Below, piece after piece: positions 58,899 to 64,000 of a DNA stretch of 64,000 nt; position 1 is the first letter of the stretch, and each line of letters begins with the position of its first letter. Source of the stretch: Polyangiales bacterium (GTDB taxonomy: Bacteria; Myxococcota_A; Polyangia; Polyangiales; Houyiibacteriaceae); the NCBI GenBank assembly GCA_041576815.1, contig JBFGKE010000014.1:8390-72389 (forward strand). The letters are read 5' to 3'. The translations under genes were made by a program, and so were the position numbers. The notes under the pieces were generated by a model. The model saw nothing but the letters and a program-made list of their open reading frames with translations. It was not told the origin of the DNA and did not search any database.

Positions 58899-59914
58899 AG
58901 CGTCGGCGAATCATCGTTCTGGTGCACGAGAGCCTCATCCCCCCGGAAGACATCAGCCAGCTCACGCCGACCGAAATCGAGCCGTTTAAAACCGAGTTCG
59001 ACGTGCGCGAGGGTCTTCTATCCCTCGGCCACGAGGTACTGATGGTCGGGTTGAGCGACGAGCTCGCGCCGCTTCGAACCGCCATCGAGGAGCTCAAGCC
59101 CCACGTCGTCTTCAACTTGCTCGAGGAGTTCGGCGGCGAGGCGAGCTTCGATGCGCACGTCGTCGGGTACCTCGAGCTTCAGCGAACACCCTACACCGGG
59201 TGCAATCCGCGCGGGCTCTTCCTCGCTCGCGACAAGGCGCTCTCGAAGAAGGTGCTTACGTATCACCGCATCCAGGTGCCGCAATTTCGCGTCTTTCCAC
59301 GCTACCGGAAGATCAGGCGACCGAAGAAGCTCGAGTTCCCGCTCATCGTCAAGTCACTCATCGAAGAGGGCAGCTACGGAATCGCGCAGGCATCGGTGGT
59401 GAACAACGACAGCGCCCTCGAAGAACGCGTGTCGTTCATCCACGAAAAGATCCTCACCGATGCCGTCGTCGAACAATACATCCCGGGACGCGAGCTCTAC
59501 GTCTCCGTGCTCGGAAACCACCGGCTCCAGGTCCTCCCGACGTGGGAGATCTTTCTCGATAAGCTGCCCGAGGACGCGCCGAAGATCGCCACCAGCAAAG
59601 TGAAATGGAACCTCGAGTACCAAGAGAAGTACGGCGTTCGGATCGGGCGGGCCAAAGGTCTCTCCGAAGACATGGAGCGCAGAATCGCGACGCTCTCGCG
59701 GCGCATCTGCCGACGCCTCGGTACCGATGGCTGCGTTCGGATCGACTTTCGCCTCCACGAGTCGGGTCAGCTCTACTTTCTCGAAGCAAATCCAAACCCG
59801 GACATCGGTGAGGGCGAAGAGTTCGCGAGCGCTGCCAAGGCCAACGGAATCGGGTATGCAGCGCTGCTGCAGAAGATCGTCAACCTCGGCATTCGCCGCG
59901 CCGAGCACGGCTGA
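58883..59914 (+). CDS. ATP-grasp ligase (D-alanine--D-alanine ligase-like)
   Basis: Trimmed to ATG 58883. DKALSKKVL, FPLIVKSLIEEGSYGI, VEQYIPGRELYVSVLGN, RIDFRL...LYFLEANPNP. Confidence 0.85.
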   Translation: MASTLKRRRIIVLVHESLIPPEDISQLTPTEIEPFKTEFDVREGLLSLGHEVLMVGLSDELAPLRTAIEELKPHVVFNLLEEFGGEASFDAHVVGYLELQRTPYTGCNPRGLFLARDKALSKKVLTYHRIQVPQFRVFPRYRKIRRPKKLEFPLIVKSLIEEGSYGIAQASVVNNDSALEERVSFIHEKILTDAVVEQYIPGRELYVSVLGNHRLQVLPTWEIFLDKLPEDAPKIATSKVKWNLEYQEKYGVRIGRAKGLSEDMERRIATLSRRICRRLGTDGCVRIDFRLHESGQLYFLEANPNPDIGEGEEFASAAKANGIGYAALLQKIVNLGIRRAEHG

Positions 59915-59924
59915 GCGCTGCGCC

Positions 59925-60401
59925 TCAGTTGCTCATGTCGTGCAGGTAGGACCGGAAGCAGTCGAGCTCGTCGTTGCTCCATGCGGGGGCGAGGATCGGC
60001 ATCCGCTCGCCCGAGCCGGGATCACTCGTGAGCTTCGTCAGGATGTTGCTGCAGTCCGGGTCGAAGCCGTCGACGATCAGGTCGCCGTTGGTTGCCAAAG
60101 TCGACGAGAGCGGAGCCAACGCGCTCTGCACGGAAGGGCCCGCTAGATCGATCTCGAAGGTCGCTGCGTTCATCCCATGACAGCCATCAGCCGTGCAGCC
60201 TTCGAGCTTGGTGCGAAGCGCCGAATCGTCGCTCATCGAGTAGCCGGTGAGCCCGCATGAAACGGCCGGGACCTCGGGATTCTCGCAGTAGACGAGGTTG
60301 CGAAGCCGGGGCTCGGAGGTGGCGTCCTCGCCGCAGGCGACGAGCAGGGCCCCAAAGGCCAGAAGAAGAAACCGCATCGAGCGCTTGGATGTGTAAGCCA
60401 T
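59925..60401 (-). CDS. Lipoprotein with a cytochrome-c-like C-x4-CHG motif
   Basis: FLLLAFGALLVAC lipobox. LEGCTADGCHGMNAATFEIDL resembles Planctomycete PSCyt-type motifs but is not canonical CxxCH. Confidence 0.65.
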   Translation of the reverse strand: MAYTSKRSMRFLLLAFGALLVACGEDATSEPRLRNLVYCENPEVPAVSCGLTGYSMSDDSALRTKLEGCTADGCHGMNAATFEIDLAGPSVQSALAPLSSTLATNGDLIVDGFDPDCSNILTKLTSDPGSGERMPILAPAWSNDELDCFRSYLHDMSN

Positions 60402-60652
60402 GTTTTCCTGATCACTCCTGTTAGAAATTTCTGCCTAGGGTCTAAATAATGGGTAAAAACAACAACGTTTCCAAAAGAAAATTTCAGGCGGACTTTTTCC
60501 CTGAAATTCTCGCATGCTGCGAAGCGAGCGCAAGGTAGCTCACTCAATAAATTAACTCTAAAGGATTATAAACTGCCGGTATGAGAGTGTGGGACGCCAA
60601 ATTTTTAGTCCTGCAGGGTGTTTTTTCGCATGTTAGGCTGTCAGCTGTGCAG
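60402..60652. promoter_or_regulatory. AT-rich divergent intergenic region with GAAA(A)TTTC palindromes
   Basis: Far lower GC than its surroundings. agaaatttct (60423-60432). Inverted repeat gaaaatttcagg (60477-60488) / cctgaaattctc (60500-60511), 11/12 complementary. Confidence 0.55.
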
Positions 60653-62851
60653 ATGAGTTACCGGTGTATCAATGGCAACCTAAAGGGTGGGTTTTTCCTC
60701 CTGGTGCTCGGCGCGGCGCTTACCGTCTCCGGCTGCAAGGAAGATCCGACGCTCTTTGGCGGCTGCTCGACCAACAACATCAACGCGTGTCCGCAGTCGG
60801 ATGGGTTTGAAAACCCGTACGAAGGGCAGCTCGAGCTGCTCACGTGGAACGAGACGCTTCGAAAGGCGAGCCTCGAGCTCACCGGTAGGCTCCCGACCCC
60901 GCGACAGCAGCAGATCACCGAGCAGAATGGCCAGCTCGGGCTCGAGGCGTCGCTTGCAGAGATGATGAGGACGCCGGCGTTCTACGACCGGATGATGGAG
61001 CTCTACAACGACCATTTCCTCACCGACAAGTACCTCGGGCGAGAGAATGCGATCGAGCTTCTCGATGAAGAGCGGTGGCCGAACCTGCGATGGTTCGAGA
61101 CCAAGTTTCCGGACGACGACGAGACGGCGCGAGTCACCAACGACTCGCTTGCGAGGGAGCCGCTGGAGCTCATCGCGAACGTGATTCGCAAAGAGGTGCC
61201 TTTCACGGAGATCTTGACCGCGAATTACACCATGGCCAACGGCTTCTCGCAGCTTTCCTTGGTGGGGCTGCCCGACATCCCGCTGGGGCTCGGTGAAGAC
61301 CCGATGGGCTTCCGCGAGATCGAGGTTCCAGGCATTCCGCACGCGGGCATTCTGACCTCGGCGATGTTCCTCAATCGATTTCCGACGAGTGACACCAACA
61401 TCAACCGTCACCGCTCCCGAATGGCCTACTGGTTCTTTCTCGACATCGACATCAACAAGTTCGGAAGTCGTCCCGTCGATGCAAGCAGTGACTTCGGCGA
61501 AAATCCGACGCTCAACAATCCTGACTGCACGGTGTGCCATACGACGATGGATCCCGTTGCAGGTCTATTCATGAATTGGAACGAGAGCGGCGAATATAGC
61601 GGCGAAGGCGAGTGGTTCGGCCCCGACTACATTCTTCCCCCGGGCTTCAACGGCGAAGCGTTGCCGAACAGCAACCGCCGAAACGCGCTTCAGTGGTTTG
61701 CCCAAGAGGTCTCACGCAATCCGCGCTTCGCGCAAGCCACCGTGAAGACGGTGTTCCAGGGCATGACCGGCCAGGAGGTCCTCGACATCACGGTGCCGCA
61801 GGCGCCCCCGATGCAGGACCCGCCGATGGATCCGCCCCCGATGGGCGGCGGCGGCATGGGCGGCATGGGTGGCACGATGAGCGGCACCGGCGGCATGGGC
61901 GGCATGGGCGGCGCTGGTGGCGTGGGCGGCGCGGCCGGCATGGGCGGCGTCGGTGGCATGGGCGCCGGCGGCATGGGCGGCACCCCGCCTCCACCTCCGC
62001 CTCCCCCACCCCCACCGCTTCCCGAGGAAGATCCGATGATCGACCCGGACGTGCATCCTGCGCTCGAGCGTGCATACAACCTCCAGCAGCAGATCCTGCG
62101 CACGATTCAGCAGCGCTTCATCGATAGCGACTACAACTTCAAGCTCCTCGTCCGGGAGATCGTGCTGAGCCCCTACTTCCGGGCCAAGAACGCGGCCCCG
62201 CTCACCAGCGATTTGGAGATCGAGCTCTCGACCTTCGGAACGGCGCGCTTACTCACGCCAGAGCACTTGTCGCGCAAGATCGAGGCCACCACCGGCGTGC
62301 GGTGGCGACGAGACCCGAATCGCGACGACTACCTCCTCGATCAGTACCGCATCTTCTACGGCGGCATCGATTCGGATCTGGTGACGCAGCGCGTGACCGA
62401 GCCCAACGGCGTCATGGCGAGCCTCGCGCAGCGCATGGCCTACGAGGTGGCTTGCTTCGCGGTGCCCTACGACTTCTCGAAGCCGCGAGACGAACGGGTC
62501 ATGTTCCCGAACATCGACCAAGGGACGCCCGTCGACGGCTCGGATGCCACCCGCGAGGCGGTTCGGCATTTACACCTACAGCTCCTCGGCGAAGACCTTC
62601 CGATTTCGGACCCGGAAATCGATGCCACGATGGCGGTCTTGACCGAGACGCACATGCTGGGAAGCCAGGGCCTTGGCAACGGCTCCGTCTCCGAAGAGCT
62701 CGCGGGCCCATGCAGGCTTTTCGATGACCGAATCACCGGCGCCGACCTGCCTCAGTCGCGCGTCATCAACCGTGACAGCAACTACAACATCCGCGCCTGG
62801 ATGGCTGCAGTCAGTTACCTGCTGTCCGATTACCGCTACCTGTACGAGTGA
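60653..62851 (+). CDS. Large lipoprotein related to Planctomycete PSD-type (DUF1588/DUF1585-like) proteins, with a Met/Gly-rich and poly-Pro insert
   Basis: Trimmed from 60581 to ATG 60653, giving a ...LGAALTVSGC lipobox. ILTANYTMANGF and PDCTVCHTTMDPVAGLF (C-x2-CH-x3-DP-x-G). Precise family assignment uncertain. Confidence 0.8.
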   Translation: MSYRCINGNLKGGFFLLVLGAALTVSGCKEDPTLFGGCSTNNINACPQSDGFENPYEGQLELLTWNETLRKASLELTGRLPTPRQQQITEQNGQLGLEASLAEMMRTPAFYDRMMELYNDHFLTDKYLGRENAIELLDEERWPNLRWFETKFPDDDETARVTNDSLAREPLELIANVIRKEVPFTEILTANYTMANGFSQLSLVGLPDIPLGLGEDPMGFREIEVPGIPHAGILTSAMFLNRFPTSDTNINRHRSRMAYWFFLDIDINKFGSRPVDASSDFGENPTLNNPDCTVCHTTMDPVAGLFMNWNESGEYSGEGEWFGPDYILPPGFNGEALPNSNRRNALQWFAQEVSRNPRFAQATVKTVFQGMTGQEVLDITVPQAPPMQDPPMDPPPMGGGGMGGMGGTMSGTGGMGGMGGAGGVGGAAGMGGVGGMGAGGMGGTPPPPPPPPPPPLPEEDPMIDPDVHPALERAYNLQQQILRTIQQRFIDSDYNFKLLVREIVLSPYFRAKNAAPLTSDLEIELSTFGTARLLTPEHLSRKIEATTGVRWRRDPNRDDYLLDQYRIFYGGIDSDLVTQRVTEPNGVMASLAQRMAYEVACFAVPYDFSKPRDERVMFPNIDQGTPVDGSDATREAVRHLHLQLLGEDLPISDPEIDATMAVLTETHMLGSQGLGNGSVSEELAGPCRLFDDRITGADLPQSRVINRDSNYNIRAWMAAVSYLLSDYRYLYE
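61841..62016 (+). repeat. Coding low-complexity tract: (Gly/Met)n followed by Pro11
   Basis: MGGGGMGGMGGTMSGTGGMGGMGGAGGVGGAAGMGGVGGMGAGGMGGTPPPPPPPPPPPLP, from reiterated ggcatgggc/ggcggc units. Confidence 0.8.
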
Positions 62852-62863
62852 GGGAGGACTAGC

Positions 62864-64000
62864 TGTGGATCGTCGTGACTTCTTACGCATTGCTGGAGCA
62901 GCCGGGCTCACCTGTGTGTTGCCGGCGACGGTAGACCCGCTTCGCGCGACCGCCCAGTCGATTGCGGCGTCGGGCTACACCGGCACGTATTGGATCTTCA
63001 TGCACGCGGGCGGCGGCTGGGACCCCACGCATCTCTGCGACCCGAAGGGCCGCGTCAACGAAAACGAAAACAACCCGATGGGCCGGTTCCTCAAGAGCGA
63101 CATCCGGACCGCGGGCAACATCGAGTACGCGCCGCTCGGCGACGACGGCACCGCCCTCGATGCGTTCTTCCAAACGCACTACCAGCGGCTGCTCGTCATC
63201 AACGGAATGGACACCGGCACGAACGGCCACGACCAGGGCACACGCGGCACGTGGAGTGGCCGGACCGCTGAAGGACACCCTCCGATCGGCGCGCTCATCG
63301 CGGCGACCCACGGTCCGAACCTGCCGATGCCGCTCATCGGCTACGGGGGCTACCTCGATACCCAGGGCGTGACCAACGCGGTCCCTCTCGGCGACGGCGG
63401 TCTACTGCACAACCTCGCGCACCCGTCGCGCCCCGACCCGACCGGCTCGGAGGAGAACTACTTCGGCCATCCGGACATTCCCGGAATCGTCCAGCGAGAG
63501 CAGGAGCTTCGTATTCTCAGGCTGCAGGGCAGACAGCGCTTGCCCCGAATCTGGGCTGGCCAAAACGAGCTCATGCTCGCACGGCTCGGGCAGGACGACC
63601 TCAAGCGGGTCTCCGAATCGCTTCCAGACGACTTCTCGGACAACCAAATCGAGCGGCAAATCCAAGTCGCGCTCGCGTCGTATCAGGCCGGCCTTTCGGT
63701 CAGCGTGAGCGTCAGCACGGGCGGATTCGACACCCATGGCAACCACGACAACAACCACCTTCCGCGCCTCGTCGACTTCGTGAACGGTGCGAGCTTCGCG
63801 ATGCAGGAAGCCGAGCGGCTCGGCGTGGCGGACAAGGTGGCCATCGTCATGGGGTCCGACTTCGGTCGAACGCCCGGTTACAACAACGGCAACGGCAAAG
63901 ACCACTGGCCAATCAGCAGCATGATGATGATGGGCCCGGGCATTCCAGGGAACCGCGTGGTGGGCGGCACGGACGACCGGCACGGCCTGTACCTCGTCGA
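62864..64000 (+). CDS. DUF1501-family Tat-exported protein (sulfatase/phosphatase-like fold); 3' end runs off the window
   Basis: GGGAGGA RBS, then GTG 62864. VDRRDFLRIAGAAGL twin-arginine signal. GGFDTHGNHD, GSDFGRTPGYN, GKDHWP hallmarks. Open to the window edge, so absent from the ORF track. Confidence 0.85.

Noticed and set aside
60616-60629. Sigma-54-like GG-N10-GC spacing (caGGgtgttttttcGCat) upstream of the PSD-like lipoprotein gene.
   Set aside because: Only the GG and GC dinucleotides and one T match the TGGCAC-N5-TTGCW consensus, and no enhancer-binding protein gene is nearby. This is too weak to call.
61841-62016. Reiterated ggcatgggc/ggcggc units that could be mistaken for a CRISPR-like or satellite array.
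   Set aside because: The tract has no spacer-repeat architecture and lies in-frame inside a long ORF. It translates to a Gly/Met/Pro low-complexity segment, so it is coded as a protein-internal repeat.

Overview
High-GC segment (about two-thirds G+C by eye, strong GC3 bias) that looks myxobacterial: it has a CsgA-like SDR, Myxococcus-type Cys-rich repeats, a mevalonate pathway, and ether-lipid and sterol genes. About 60 protein-coding genes are supportable. They are densely packed, with many ATGA/GTGA start-stop overlaps. I saw no rRNA, tRNA, CRISPR array, transposase or integrase. Main blocks: (1) 1-11.3 kb: secreted/Cys-rich proteins, a Rieske oxygenase, a TonB_C-fused TonB-dependent receptor with a redoxin, a PHM/DBH-like copper monooxygenase lipoprotein and a TMEM97/EXPERA-like membrane protein. 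(2) 13.2-18.8 kb: ether-lipid-type module (lipid kinase, PlsC-like acyltransferase, SDR, AGPS-like FAD oxidase, GST-like). (3) 22.8-32.8 kb: divergent mevalonate plus sterol cluster (mvaS, fni, LytTR regulator / squalene epoxidase-like, squalene synthase, class II HMG-CoA reductase, oxidosqualene cyclase, prenyl diphosphate synthase). (4) 32.8-50.6 kb: ketone/CoA-transferase genes, formaldehyde detoxification and metal/metalloid genes (CDF, ACR3, ArsC, CopA-type ATPase). (5) 50.6-56.3 kb: steroid-type redox genes (GMC oxidoreductase with Tat small subunit, 3beta-HSD, KstD-like flavoprotein). (6) 56.3-64 kb: CsgA-like SDR, HEXXH peptidase/ATP-grasp pair, and a PSD-like lipoprotein plus DUF1501 pair. 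The most interesting signals are the eukaryote-like sterol-associated proteins scattered around the sterol cluster, an unusual oxidosqualene cyclase specificity triad, a repeat-rich regulatory region next to a LytTR regulator, and a recurring GGGGACAGTCCCC palindromic element. All family calls come from motif recognition by eye. No searches were run.
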